A stretch of DNA of 64,000 nt from a virus, in the UHGV virus genome UHGV-1455077. The stretch is one strand, 5' to 3'. The translations under genes were made by a program, and so were the position numbers. Positions 10,017 through 19,014 of the stretch are shown piece after piece (the stretch's first letter is position 1; the number at the start of each line of letters is the position of its first letter). The notes below the pieces were generated by a model. It searched no databases. It saw nothing but the letters and a program-made list of their open reading frames with translations, and was not told where the DNA came from.

Positions 10017-10361
10017 ATGCTAATAGAAGATGAAGAATTTTTTAAAAATAGTGCTAAAATTAATAGATTATATGCCGAAAATAAAAAAGGGTGCTGTAAA
10101 TTTGTTAAAATAGATACAGATTATCCAAAAATTATTGATGTTTTAGTTGAAGTTGGTATTGTAGAATCAAAAAGTCAATGCAGAAGATTAATTGAACAAA
10201 ATGGTATAACAATTGATGAATCTTGGGAATGTGAACAAAAACCAACAGATATTAATTGTATTGTTGACTTATCTATAGATGATTTTTTTGATGTTAGAAT
10301 TGGGAAGAAAAAGCATTTTAGAATTTTTTGTTTAACTCCTAAAGAATTTTTAAAAAATTAA
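10017..10361 (+). CDS. S4-like RNA-binding domain protein
   Basis: IDVLVEVGIVESKSQCRRLIEQNGITIDE...RIGKKKHFRI matches the S4 fold seen in the TyrRS C-terminus and Hsp15. Confidence 0.45.
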   Translation: MLIEDEEFFKNSAKINRLYAENKKGCCKFVKIDTDYPKIIDVLVEVGIVESKSQCRRLIEQNGITIDESWECEQKPTDINCIVDLSIDDFFDVRIGKKKHFRIFCLTPKEFLKN

Positions 10362-10497
10362 AAAAGTTTTGGACTTGGAAAAATCTTAATAGAAATAGAA
10401 TTACAATTAAATTTATTGATTTAATTTTTCTTAAATGTTATTGGAATATTAAATTATTTAATAAAATAAATATTATCATATTAATAGAGGAATTAAA

Positions 10498-10833
10498 ATG
10501 ATTGTTGATATTAACTTAAATAAACCAAATGTTTTTCAAAGTGAAGATTTATTAAATGTTTTGATAATGGATTATAAAAAATTAAAAAATAAAATTAATA
10601 ATGTTCAAATTTCTATGACAGATAGAAATTTATATAAAACTTTACTGCAATATGAAACTTCCTATATGGATGGAGTAGATTTAGAATATTTAGGAGATGG
10701 CGGTAATAAACAAAGTAAAGAATTCTATGTTAATTTTATTGCTATGGTTTTAGAAGCTAAAAAAAGAAATTTGCCATTAAATTATGAAAAATTGATAAGA
10801 AATATTGAATATGTTTGGGCAAATTATTATTAA
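10498..10833 (+). CDS. hypothetical protein
   Basis: ORF, RBS agaggaattaaaATG. Confidence 0.4.
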   Translation: MIVDINLNKPNVFQSEDLLNVLIMDYKKLKNKINNVQISMTDRNLYKTLLQYETSYMDGVDLEYLGDGGNKQSKEFYVNFIAMVLEAKKRNLPLNYEKLIRNIEYVWANYY

Positions 10834-10905
10834 TAACATTTTTTGTTATTTTTAGTGATATATAAATAGATTCTAAAAATTTTTTAAATTTTTTATAAAA
10901 AATTC

Positions 10906-10934
10906 TTGACAAGTAAAATTATTTATATTATATA
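10906..10934 (+). promoter_or_regulatory. sigma70-like promoter TTCTTGACA-17-TATATA
   Basis: Consensus -35/-10 hexamers; no ORF downstream. Confidence 0.5.
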
Positions 10935-11158
10935 TGAATGTACAGAGAGGAAATAAGGTGAAATACCTTATTGAGAGAATTTAGTAAGAAGTACAATGAA
11001 AAATTTTCGATGGTGTATAAAAGCAACACTCTGACTGCTATAAAAGTATTTTACAATATTTTTAATAGAGATATTATAAAATATTTTTAAGGTTTTTAAT
11101 TTATTATTATAAATATCTTATGAACAAATAAATATTTTATGAAAAAAGAAAAAAATTC

Positions 11159-11187
11159 TTGACAAGTAAAATAAATAAGTTTATAAG
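11159..11187 (+). promoter_or_regulatory. sigma70-like promoter TTCTTGACA-17-TATAAG
   Basis: Consensus -35/-10 hexamers; no ORF downstream. Confidence 0.5.
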
Positions 11188-11384
11188 ATAGATATTGAAA
11201 AGGAAAAAAGTGATACACAGTAATGTGGAAAATAATTCAAGAGATTATCAAATGTTTGCGATTAAACCTGCAAGCAAAAGGGCTTATATGTAACTATACA
11301 AAGGTATAAAATAGATACAAAATAAGCTCTAAAAGAAAATCTTTAGAGCTTTTTCTTTTTAATAAAAATAAATTAAAAAAGTTC

Positions 11385-11413
11385 TTGACATTAAAAAATA
11401 AATGATGTATAAG
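11385..11413 (+). promoter_or_regulatory. sigma70-like promoter TTCTTGACA-17-TATAAG
   Basis: Consensus -35/-10 hexamers; no ORF downstream. Confidence 0.5.
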
Positions 11414-11479
11414 AACAAACATTGAAAGAAATTGAAAACATAAGTTGAAAAATCTTTCAAAAATAAATTAAAAAAGTTC

Positions 11480-11508
11480 TTGACAAACAAAATTAAATAG
11501 TTTATAAA
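11480..11508 (+). promoter_or_regulatory. sigma70-like promoter TTCTTGACA-17-TATAAA
   Basis: Consensus -35/-10 hexamers; followed by about 400 nt without an ORF, then the tRNA array. Confidence 0.5.
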
Positions 11509-11955
11509 GAACACATAAAGAACGAAAGTTCTTGTTATAAAAGAAAAAATGGAGACCTTGCTCCTTGATAAACTTCAAATAATCTAAATCACCAAGGGAT
11601 AACCTGACGACTATATGGTGTAACAGCAGATATAGAGAACGGTTAGAGGGAGATAGCAAAAACCCCTCAATTTATATAAGTGGTTAATAATGTGGAACTC
11701 ATAAAAGTAATATTATAAGTATGCGATAAACGACATAGATGTAAGTGAAAGTAATATGAAATGAACGGAGTTTAAATTCCATAGACCATATGCGAAAAGA
11801 TTAGGTATGGACACTTTTTAGTTTATTAACCATTTATATAAATTTATTTGAGCAACAAGATATTCGGGTCTCTACCGAATACGTTAGAACCTTCGGCGAT
11901 TTTAGCAACAGTTCTTCACGATAATTACGATAAGATTATCAAAGATTTTTTTAAT

Positions 11956-12041
11956 GCAGAGTTATACCGTAGGAGTAGCGGGACAGACTGTAAATCTGTT
12001 GCCTTTTGGCTCGGGTGGTGCGACTCCATCACTCTGCACCA
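11956..12041 (+). tRNA. tRNA-Tyr(GTA), long variable arm, CCA encoded
   Basis: Acceptor GCAGAGT/ACTCTGC; anticodon loop CTGTAAA; T-arm GGTGG-TGCGACT-CCATC. Confidence 0.7.
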
Positions 12042-12051
12042 TTATTTTAAT

Positions 12052-12127
12052 GGCACTCTAGCAACCACGGTTGATGCGTCTGTCTGAAGAACAGAATAAC
12101 TCGGTTCGACTCCGAGGGGTGCCACCA
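12052..12127 (+). tRNA. tRNA-Phe(GAA), CCA encoded
   Basis: Acceptor GGCACTC/GGGTGCC; anticodon loop CTGAAGA; T-arm CTCGG-TTCGACT-CCGAG. Confidence 0.7.
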
Positions 12128-12135
12128 ATTTTATT

Positions 12136-12215
12136 CGGGTAGTTGGGGAGTTTGGTTACCCCGCTTGCTTTGGGAGCAAGAGAACTCGCAGGTTCGAATC
12201 CTGCCTACCCGACCA
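12136..12215 (+). tRNA. tRNA-Pro(TGG), CCA encoded
   Basis: Acceptor CGGGTAG/CTACCCG; anticodon loop TTTGGGA; T-arm GCAGG-TTCGAAT-CCTGC. Confidence 0.65.
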
Positions 12216-12299
12216 TTTTTAATAAATTAAATGTTCCAATAGTTTCTAACTAGCTAGTAGAATAAAGGATAATAACCTTTTTGGAACGCCGAGTTTCTT

Positions 12300-12377
12300 G
12301 GGCCAGTAGTTCAGTTAGGGAGAACGCCTGCTTTGCAAGCAGGATGTCGTGGGTTCGATTCCCACCTGTGTCCACCA
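12300..12377 (+). tRNA. tRNA-Ala(TGC)-like with a one-nucleotide bulge in the 3' acceptor strand (G3:U70 retained)
   Basis: GGGCCAG...anticodon loop TTTGCAA...T-arm GTGGG-TTCGATT-CCCAC...CTG(T)GTCC-A-CCA. Confidence 0.5.
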
Positions 12378-12663
12378 ATTTTTAAAAAGATTTGTGATAG
12401 GTGAAAACTATCATAAAAATGGGTAAATGCATACCGTTAGTCACAAGCATTCGGAGTCAGCCGCTTCGTTAGATAAGGGTATCGCCGTTTGAGATTTTAA
12501 GCGTTATTAATAAATCTCACCAGTTAGGTAGACAACTCCTGATTTGACTAATCCAGAACATTAGGTGAAGATGTTTTTAATATATATTGAAAAGAGAAGC
12601 CGAGCGTCACTCGCTCTAAAGGAGTAATTGTAAATCGCTCACCAATTTATTTAAGTTTAAAAA

Positions 12664-13008
12664 ATGATAGAATTAAGAAATTGTAAAAAACACGGTTTAA
12701 CAGAATTTTCATATCATAAATCTGGTAATAGATGGAGATGTAAAAAATGTATGGTTGAAGCTGTTAAATTAAGAAGGAAAAAAATTAAAGAAAAAGCTGT
12801 CGAATATAAAGGTGGAAAATGCGAAATCTGTGGATATAATAAATGTATAGATGCATTAGAATTTCATCATTTAAATCCAAAAGAAAAAGATTTTGGAATT
12901 GGAGAAAAAGGTTATACTCGCAGTTGGATAAAAATTCAAGAAGAACTTGATAAATGTATTATGGTGTGTGCAAATTGCCATAGAGAAATACATAATAAAG
13001 ATACGTAA
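12664..13008 (+). CDS. HNH homing endonuclease
   Basis: CxxC...CxxC zinc ribbon plus HNH core (EFHHLNP...CANCHREIH); located inside the tRNA array. Confidence 0.7.
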   Translation: MIELRNCKKHGLTEFSYHKSGNRWRCKKCMVEAVKLRRKKIKEKAVEYKGGKCEICGYNKCIDALEFHHLNPKEKDFGIGEKGYTRSWIKIQEELDKCIMVCANCHREIHNKDT

Positions 13009-13015
13009 TTTTTAT

Positions 13016-13092
13016 TCTGACGTAGCTCAGTTGGTTAGAGCGTTCGCCTGTTAAGCGAAGGGTCATAGGTTCAAGTCCTATCGTCAGAGCCA
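13016..13092 (+). tRNA. tRNA-Asn(GTT), CCA encoded
   Basis: Acceptor TCTGACG/CGTCAGA; D-arm GCTCAGTTGGTTAGAGC; anticodon loop CTGTTAA. Confidence 0.75.
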
Positions 13093-13287
13093 ATATTTAA
13101 TAAAAAATTTGTATGAAAGCTAGTGAGTAATACAGATAGTTTAACCCATCTGTACTTCAACAGGGTTCTTGCCATAGAAATAAATGGTCGTTGGATAGAA
13201 AATGTCAATGTTATGAAAAGGAACATTCAAAGTTTTAGTTTTTGAGTGGTAGTTACTAAATTAACAAATAAACTACCATACTTTTAT

Positions 13288-13363
13288 GGTTCGGTGACAG
13301 AACGATTAATGTACCCGTCTGCAAAACGGTGTTTAGTGGGTTTGACTCCCACCCGAATCTCCA
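13288..13363 (+). tRNA. tRNA-Cys(GCA), CCA encoded
   Basis: Acceptor GGTTCGG/CCGAATC; anticodon loop CTGCAAA; T-arm GTGGG-TTTGACT-CCCAC. Confidence 0.6.
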
Positions 13364-13389
13364 TTATTGTTTTTTCAAAATTTTTAAGA

Positions 13390-13520
13390 ATGGTGAGAAA
13401 TTGATTTACATAGACTGGAAATCCGTGTGTAGAAAGTTCGATTCTTTCCCCATCGACCATTTAACGGTGGGTAGCTCATTGGTAGAGCAACGTAAAATGA
13501 TAATCAATTGTTATGTTCCT
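13390..13520 (+). ncRNA. permuted or split tRNA-like unit 1. A tRNA 3' half (T-arm, 3' acceptor strand, ACCA) precedes a 5' half (5' acceptor strand, D-arm), and is itself preceded by the 25-nt motif
   Basis: 3' acceptor CCCATCG at 13449-13455 pairs 7/7 with 5' acceptor CGGTGGG at 13465-13471, 9 nt downstream. D-arm GCTCATTGGTAGAGC follows. A second copy with compensatory acceptor changes is at 23324-23455. Confidence 0.4.
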
Positions 13521-14178
13521 TCTTAATTTTAAAAGTTTTGGTAGTTGGAAGTTAAGCTTTTGGGGCAGGAGCAACTTAACTTCCATCTATTGATGCGTGT
13601 CCTGATTTAATTAATTACCTTCTCGTGGTTCAGGATGTAAGTAAGAATTGCAGTTTTTGACATAAGACAATTCTGAAACTAAAGATTAATATTAAAATGA
13701 TTTAATTGAAGTATAGTAAATTAAATAAGTTGATTAAATAAGTGAGCAAGATAGAATCAACTAAAGGTAATAATATGCAGATTATATGCCGAACTACTAA
13801 CGCTTAAGGTAGATGTAGGAAATAACCTCGGTAGGGCAATTTAATTGTTAATCTCTTAGAAGTCCTAAAAAAATAAACCGTTTTAAAAAACTGCGTTAAA
13901 TTAAAATTTTGAAATTGTTGTTCTCCTTTCATTGTTTTTCATACAACAAGAGTAAAAATATTCTTAGTATCGGGAGAGGTAATATCTTATCTCTCTCTTT
14001 TTATAAAAATGCTGGCAATATTGGTTCGAATCCAATATGTATATCTTATCCTAAAAATTACTATTATAGTATTAGATTTAAATAGTAATGATATGTCAAA
14101 TTTAATAAGAACGTGTTATTGAATTATATACATTAGTTTAATGGTAGAACCCCAGCATTTCTATAAGAAGATTTTTAT

Positions 14179-14245
14179 GGGTGTATAAGTCAACGGTTAG
14201 ACTAACAGCCTTTTAAGCTGTAGATTCGGGTTCGATTCCTTTATA
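14179..14245 (+). pseudogene. degenerate tRNA-Lys(TTT)-like element
   Basis: D-arm AGTCAACGGTTAGACT and anticodon arm ACAGC-CTTTTAA-GCTGT are present, but the T-stem and 3' acceptor are not recoverable. Confidence 0.25.
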
Positions 14246-14736
14246 ATCAATAATGTATAAGAAAAATAACAAATTTCTTTCTTGATAATTAGGTAATGAA
14301 ATTAATGCCTAATTATGACAAGTATTTAACAAAATTTTCTGACTCTAATCAAAGAATTAGTGATTGATAGTTTAAGAATTATCTGTATACGTGAATGACA
14401 CCCTTTATCAACGTTTGCATACATAACTGCATAAATCAAGATGGGTTAGGTGGTCGTTTATCCGTTTCACCTTTCATATGATAAACAAAACGAAAAACGG
14501 ATTGCATTTTTTATAATATTCAAAATGGGTATTAGATAAGATATTGGTAGCTAGATAACCCAATATATGATAAAAACCATTATTGATAAGGTTTAAGATT
14601 TCGACCTTTAACCCAATGGAAATCCAGTTTATCTATTGTACTTGGTTAACAATAGCGTAGAATTGGTCATTCTCAAAAAGGTACGTAAGCCTTTTTATAT
14701 TAAATAAATATCTTATATAATTTATGAGGTATTAAA

Positions 14737-15159
14737 ATGAAATTAATTGACATATTAGCATTATTTAAAGCTATAAAAAATACTGCTAAAAAATATCATT
14801 GGAAAACTGTTGGCACAACATTTATGTCTGACCATTTATTATTTGATAGAATTTATGATGATATTGATGATGACCAAATTGATACAATTGTTGAACAATA
14901 TTATATGGGTCTTGGAAGAAAAGATATTGATGATTTAGATAATTTAATTGCATTATCTGCTCAATATGAAGGACAGTCTTTTACTGCTTCTTCTGAAAAT
15001 TTATTAATGATGTATCAAGAATTAGCAAGAATGATGAATACATTTTTAGTAAATGTTGAAAAATTAAATTTATTAAGAGGTATAAATTCTGAATTAGATA
15101 ATATTGCATCAACAATTACTCAATTATATGGTTTAGTAACTGCAAGATTAATTCAGTAA
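14737..15159 (+). CDS. hypothetical protein
   Basis: ORF, RBS atgaggtattaaaATG. Confidence 0.4.
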   Translation: MKLIDILALFKAIKNTAKKYHWKTVGTTFMSDHLLFDRIYDDIDDDQIDTIVEQYYMGLGRKDIDDLDNLIALSAQYEGQSFTASSENLLMMYQELARMMNTFLVNVEKLNLLRGINSELDNIASTITQLYGLVTARLIQ

Positions 15160-15190
15160 TTTATAAATTTAATATTATAAACATTTAAAT

Positions 15191-15267
15191 GACCCCATCG
15201 TCTAAATGGTTAGGATACCACCCTTTCAAGGTGAAGATTACGGGTTCAAATCCCGTTGGGGTCGCCA
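15191..15267 (+). tRNA. tRNA-Glu(TTC), CCA encoded
   Basis: Acceptor GACCCCA/TGGGGTC; anticodon loop CTTTCAA; T-arm CGGGTTCAAATCCCG. Confidence 0.7.
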
Positions 15268-15495
15268 ATTTTGGTTGCTATCGGAAATCAAGTGCGAATT
15301 TATGATATGATATATCGGATAAATCATATGGAAAAATGGTAACTTGTGGTACGCCAAACTTAATATGTACCGATAATGTATTAAGTTAAAAATAGCGTTT
15401 TAATATTCAATTTGTCCTTGCCTTTACTTTATAAAGGACTTACAGGCGAGGGGGTGGTCTGGAGTTTAAATAGAGGAAAGTCCCCCAACATTTTT

Positions 15496-15569
15496 GGTGT
15501 ATTAGTTTAATGGTAAAACTCCCGACTGTCTATCGGAAATCAAGGGTTCGATTCCCTTATACACCGCCA
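15496..15569 (+). tRNA. tRNA-Asp(GTC), CCA encoded
   Basis: Acceptor GGTGTAT/ATACACC; anticodon loop CTGTCTA; T-arm AGGGTTCGATTCCCT. Confidence 0.7.
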
Positions 15570-15894
15570 TTTTTTATTTTATGGGAATATTATCATTCGA
15601 TATTATATTTTTATCTATCAAATAGTGATAAATCAACAGCTTAAGATTAGGACACTTAATAAATGAAACAATGTAATTTTTGTGTGTAGTAAAATTTATT
15701 GGTAGTAATTTATTAATATATGGAAAATCTAATGAATCATTAATGTAGAAATACACAACTTTAATGATAGTGAAAAATAATTGTCAATGGTATTTCAAAC
15801 AATTGTTTGATTTGATATATAACCACGATATAATTATATAATCAAGGTTTTACCTTGGTATTCCCCACCAAATTTATTAGAAGGATTTTTAATA

Positions 15895-16221
15895 ATGAAA
15901 TATAAAAAGAAATATATTGTAGTTGGTGCATACAAGATGAAAGATAATACAATTAATTATTCTTTTTATTATATGAATGAATGCTTTTTAAATACTTTTG
16001 CAACAACTTATTCATTAAATGAAGCTAAAGAAATTGTTAAACAGCTTTATAAAAATGTTAAAAAAGTTAATAAGCTAAAGAAAAATCGAAAAAGATATAC
16101 ATATTTCATTGTTAAAGCACATACATCAAAAACAAAATTATCTAATGGAAAATATTTATATATTAATAGAGATATACTTGATGAATTTAGTTCATATTGT
16201 ATTAAATGTGAAATTAAATAA
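15895..16221 (+). CDS. hypothetical basic protein
   Basis: ORF, RBS aggatttttaataATG. Confidence 0.35.
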   Translation: MKYKKKYIVVGAYKMKDNTINYSFYYMNECFLNTFATTYSLNEAKEIVKQLYKNVKKVNKLKKNRKRYTYFIVKAHTSKTKLSNGKYLYINRDILDEFSSYCIKCEIK

Positions 16222-16538
16222 AAATGAGATATATGCCTAATGTTTTCGGTAAAAAATCAAGAAAACAAATGCCTAAATGGTCAAGACATATATCAATAGT
16301 CTGTGGTACCAAATTCCGTAAGGTTCAGCGGGAACTCCTGTATTTATACTTTCCTGCTGGTAAAAAGTTCAGTCATCGAACATAGAATGACCAAACCAGC
16401 GATAAAGGTGGAAAGCCTTTAACAATATATGTGTAGATATGGCGAAAGTTGGTAAAAGCTCCGAGTGATATTGGTTTTAGGTTGTTTGAATTTTGAAGGT
16501 TAAAATTCAATTCCTTTTTCTATGTATATAATTAATTT

Positions 16539-16614
16539 GGGTGTGTAACTTAATTGGTAGAGAAACTGACTCTTAATCAGTATGATGAGGGTTCGAGTCC
16601 CTCTGCACCCACCA
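16539..16614 (+). tRNA. tRNA-Lys(CTT), CCA encoded
   Basis: Acceptor GGGTGTG/TGCACCC; anticodon arm ACTGA-CTCTTAA-TCAGT; T-arm GAGGGTTCGAGTCCCTC. Confidence 0.7.
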
Positions 16615-16629
16615 ATATGTAAATTTAAT

Positions 16630-16705
16630 TGCACCCATAGGCTAATTGGACAAACCCAAAGTCTTCTAAACTTTTATTACAGGTTCGAGTCCTGTTGGGT
16701 GTGCC
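16630..16705 (+). tRNA. tRNA-Arg(TCT), CCA encoded
   Basis: Acceptor GCACCCA/TGGGTGT; anticodon arm AAAGT-CTTCTAA-ACTTT; T-arm ACAGGTTCGAGTCCTGT. Confidence 0.7.
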
Positions 16706-16737
16706 ATTTATAAAAAATGATGAAACGGTGTGGCGGT

Positions 16738-16868
16738 GTACACGTCTGAAAGTAATAGACCTAGACTTTTAGTTTGAAAGTGAAAGCTAAACAAAGGTAT
16801 TACCGTTAGAGGAAGTAAGAAGTCATTGGTTCAACTCCAATTTTCATCACAAATGCTCGGTTAGTTCA
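16738..16868 (+). ncRNA. 131-nt tRNA-like element: acceptor GATGAAA/TTTCATC and a canonical T-arm, but about 55 extra internal nucleotides
   Basis: 5' GATGAAA...ATTGG-TTCAACT-CCAAT-TTTCATC-A; no CCA; the interior does not fold as a standard cloverleaf. Confidence 0.3.
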
Positions 16869-16873
16869 GTTGG

Positions 16874-16949
16874 AAGAACACCGCTTTTACACAGCGGGGG
16901 TCGGCAGTTCGAACCTGTCACCGAGTACCAAAAAATATCTTGACAATAA
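16874..16949 (+). tRNA. tRNA-Val(TAC), CCA encoded
   Basis: Acceptor GCTCGGT/ACCGAGT; D-arm GTTCAGTTGGAAGAAC; anticodon arm CCGCT-TTTACAC-AGCGG. Confidence 0.7.
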
Positions 16950-16958
16950 ATAAAATAA

Positions 16959-16987
16959 ATTATATAATAAAGTTATATTGGAAAGTC
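16959..16987 (+). promoter_or_regulatory. sigma70-like promoter TCTTGACA-17-TATAAT, 11 nt upstream of tRNA-Gln
   Basis: Consensus hexamers. Confidence 0.55.
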
Positions 16988-16997
16988 ATCTAAGGGT

Positions 16998-17071
16998 AGG
17001 ATAGCGGACTTTGACTCCGTTCATACTGGTTCGAATCCAGTCTTTCCAGCCATTTTTTAACTGGGGTTATG
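16998..17071 (+). tRNA. tRNA-Gln(TTG), with U1:A72 and G73 as in bacterial tRNA-Gln
   Basis: TGGAAAG...anticodon loop CTTTGAC...ACTGG-TTCGAAT-CCAGT-CTTTCCA-G-CCA. Confidence 0.7.
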
Positions 17072-17336
17072 ACTGTTATTCCCCATTCAGGTAAATGATA
17101 CAGCTATTGTTATGAAGTAACACGTTGAGGAATACTATCGTGAAAAAGTATTGGTTTGTTGGTTATTTGTTAGATATGTCAAAGTTTTGGAATTCCCAAA
17201 AACCTGAAATCAACAGGGTATAATAAAACATCCTTGAGTTATATTAAGTTTGTCTTAAAGCATTTAATATAAACATTAAAGTTTTATTCGTGAATACTGA
17301 AACAATGTTAAGTACGTTAATCTTAACAATGTTAAT

Positions 17337-17428
17337 GGAATGTTACCCAAGTCTGGTGAAGGGGACTGTTTGCTAAACAGTTAGGAGCAGTAATGTTCGC
17401 AGAGGTTCAAATCCTCTACATTCCGCCA
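17337..17428 (+). tRNA. tRNA-Ser(GCT), type II long variable arm
   Basis: Acceptor GGAATGT/ACATTCC; anticodon arm ACTGT-TTGCTAA-ACAGT; T-arm AGAGGTTCAAATCCTCT; discriminator G plus CCA. Confidence 0.7.
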
Positions 17429-17458
17429 TTTTGAAAAATAATTTTTCAAAAAAAGTTC

Positions 17459-17487
17459 TTGACAATATAAATTAAATATATTATATT
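17459..17487 (+). promoter_or_regulatory. sigma70-like promoter TTCTTGACA-17-TATATT
   Basis: Consensus hexamers; roughly 400 nt of non-coding sequence downstream, before tRNA-Ile. Confidence 0.5.
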
Positions 17488-17891
17488 AAGTTCATAAGGA
17501 GTTACCATTAGTCCTTAAATCACAATCATAATGGCGTTAGAATATCACGAGACGATATTTGGTTTGTAGTTATCCAGAACTATAATGTCACAATACGGAC
17601 ATTTCGTAAATTTAAAAACTGTATTGCGTGGCTGATTACCCATACCATTACGACAAGATGGTTAAAAAATTTAGGTTAAAATGTGATTCCTATAAATCAA
17701 AAAAGACATTCTTTTACTATTTTAGAGTTAGAAAATAGCGTTCATAATTAGAGTGAAATTATCGGTGAATTTGATATTACATCGTGATAAAAAATATTGA
17801 AGGAAGGAAAACCGTGTTGAAACCTTATTTAATCATTGTTATAAATGATTCGTGGTGATTCAATAACTATTACGTGAATATAGTTTTTAAT

Positions 17892-17969
17892 AGGCTCGTG
17901 GTGTTAATGGTTGGCACGTTCGCCTGATAAGCGAGAGGTTTGTGAGTTCGAATCTCACCGAGCCTACCA
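17892..17969 (+). tRNA. tRNA-Ile(GAT), CCA encoded
   Basis: Acceptor AGGCTCG/CGAGCCT; anticodon loop CTGATAA; T-arm GTGAGTTCGAATCTCAC. Confidence 0.65.
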
Positions 17970-18004
17970 AATTAAAATTAATTTTTTGTGGGAGTATAAA
18001 ATAA

Positions 18005-18217
18005 ATGCCAATGGAAAAGAAAGTTCTTACACAGGAAGAAAAAGAACTTAAAAAGAAAGAACAAGAATTTAATAAACATATGAATCAAGTATGGAAGCTA
18101 AGACCATATAAAATTAATGGAATTTCTAAGAATGTTGGTAAAGCTCCAAAATGTAATACAAAAGTTAAAACTGAAAGACCAGTTGAAATGGTAAATCAGA
18201 AAAAGAAAAAGAAGTAA
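18005..18217 (+). CDS. small Lys-rich basic protein
   Basis: ORF of 70 aa with a poly-K tail. Confidence 0.3.
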   Translation: MPMEKKVLTQEEKELKKKEQEFNKHMNQVWKLRPYKINGISKNVGKAPKCNTKVKTERPVEMVNQKKKKK

Positions 18218-18358
18218 TTAAAAAATATTTTTAATCGAAATTGAGTAAATCTTGAATATTTTATATTTGCAAGATAAATGCGATAGAGTAGCGAGAATCG
18301 AACGCTTGTAACAAATGTTCGGCTGTTAGAGTTCAGTATAAAAACTCATTTTTCTTAT

Positions 18359-18438
18359 TCTCTGGTAGCTAAACTGGTTGTAGCGGCGGTCTTATAAACC
18401 GTGTCTTTATGTGAGTTCAAGTCTCATCCAGAGAACCA
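18359..18438 (+). tRNA. tRNA-Ile(TAT)-like (AUA decoder), CCA encoded
   Basis: Acceptor TCTCTGG/CCAGAGA perfect; anticodon arm CGGT-CTTATAA-ACCG; T-arm GTGAGTTCAAGTCTCAT. Confidence 0.55.
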
Positions 18439-18836
18439 TTTTAAAAAATTTTTCAGAAATATATAAAATGGAACAAATGCTAGATAGTTCAATTCTATCA
18501 ATCTTGTTAAAGATAAAGGACGGTATTTGAAAAGGTTTGAAGCCCATTATATTACTGAAATTTGGTTCAGACAATATCCATACAGCCGTATAACGTGTGG
18601 TGAGCCAATTAATTTATGGGTCGCTCCCAATTAACGAATGGGTCTGATGACTTTTATAATTTTTCAATAAGAAAAAGTGTTGCAACAACCATTGATATAA
18701 AATCGTTTGCTAACAAGTTCGTGTATATCATATATGGTTAATAATGTTAGAGGAATAATTTGATATTTTGACTATGTAGAAAATATCCGATAGATTGGAT
18801 AATCTTCATAAATCATTCGTTAAGTGATTATTTTAA

Positions 18837-18909
18837 TGCGGAATAGAGCAGAGGTAGCTTAACTGGCTCATAACCAGGAGGTCGGGCGGTTCGAATCCCC
18901 CTTCCGCAA
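18837..18909 (+). tRNA. tRNA-Met(CAT), elongator-type (U1:A72 paired); no CCA encoded
   Basis: TGCGGAA...D-arm GAGCAGAGGTAGCTT...anticodon loop CTCATAA...GGCGG-TTCGAAT-CCCCC-TTCCGCA-A. Confidence 0.6.
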
Positions 18910-19014
18910 CATCTAACAAAAGCAAAACCTTTACGTGGTGTTAGATATAAGTAATTCGATTTGAATGAAACCAATTTGCTTAATTATTGAAAAATAGATA
19001 TTTAAGGTTCAATA

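Noticed and set aside
11848-13526. ORFs 11848-12087(+) and 13329-13526(+)
   Set aside because: They are overlapped by well-formed tRNA genes (Tyr/Phe; Cys and the permuted unit). The reading frames are chance open stretches through structured RNA.
15440-15495. GGAAAGTCC-like element at 15466, reminiscent of the RNase P RNA CR-I box
   Set aside because: Only one short conserved box is present. No P4, CR-II or CR-III elements or appropriate length, so it is most likely coincidental within a tRNA leader.
15574-15756. ORF 15574-15756(-)
   Set aside because: Isolated 60-aa minus ORF with no RBS in a plus-strand region; low complexity.
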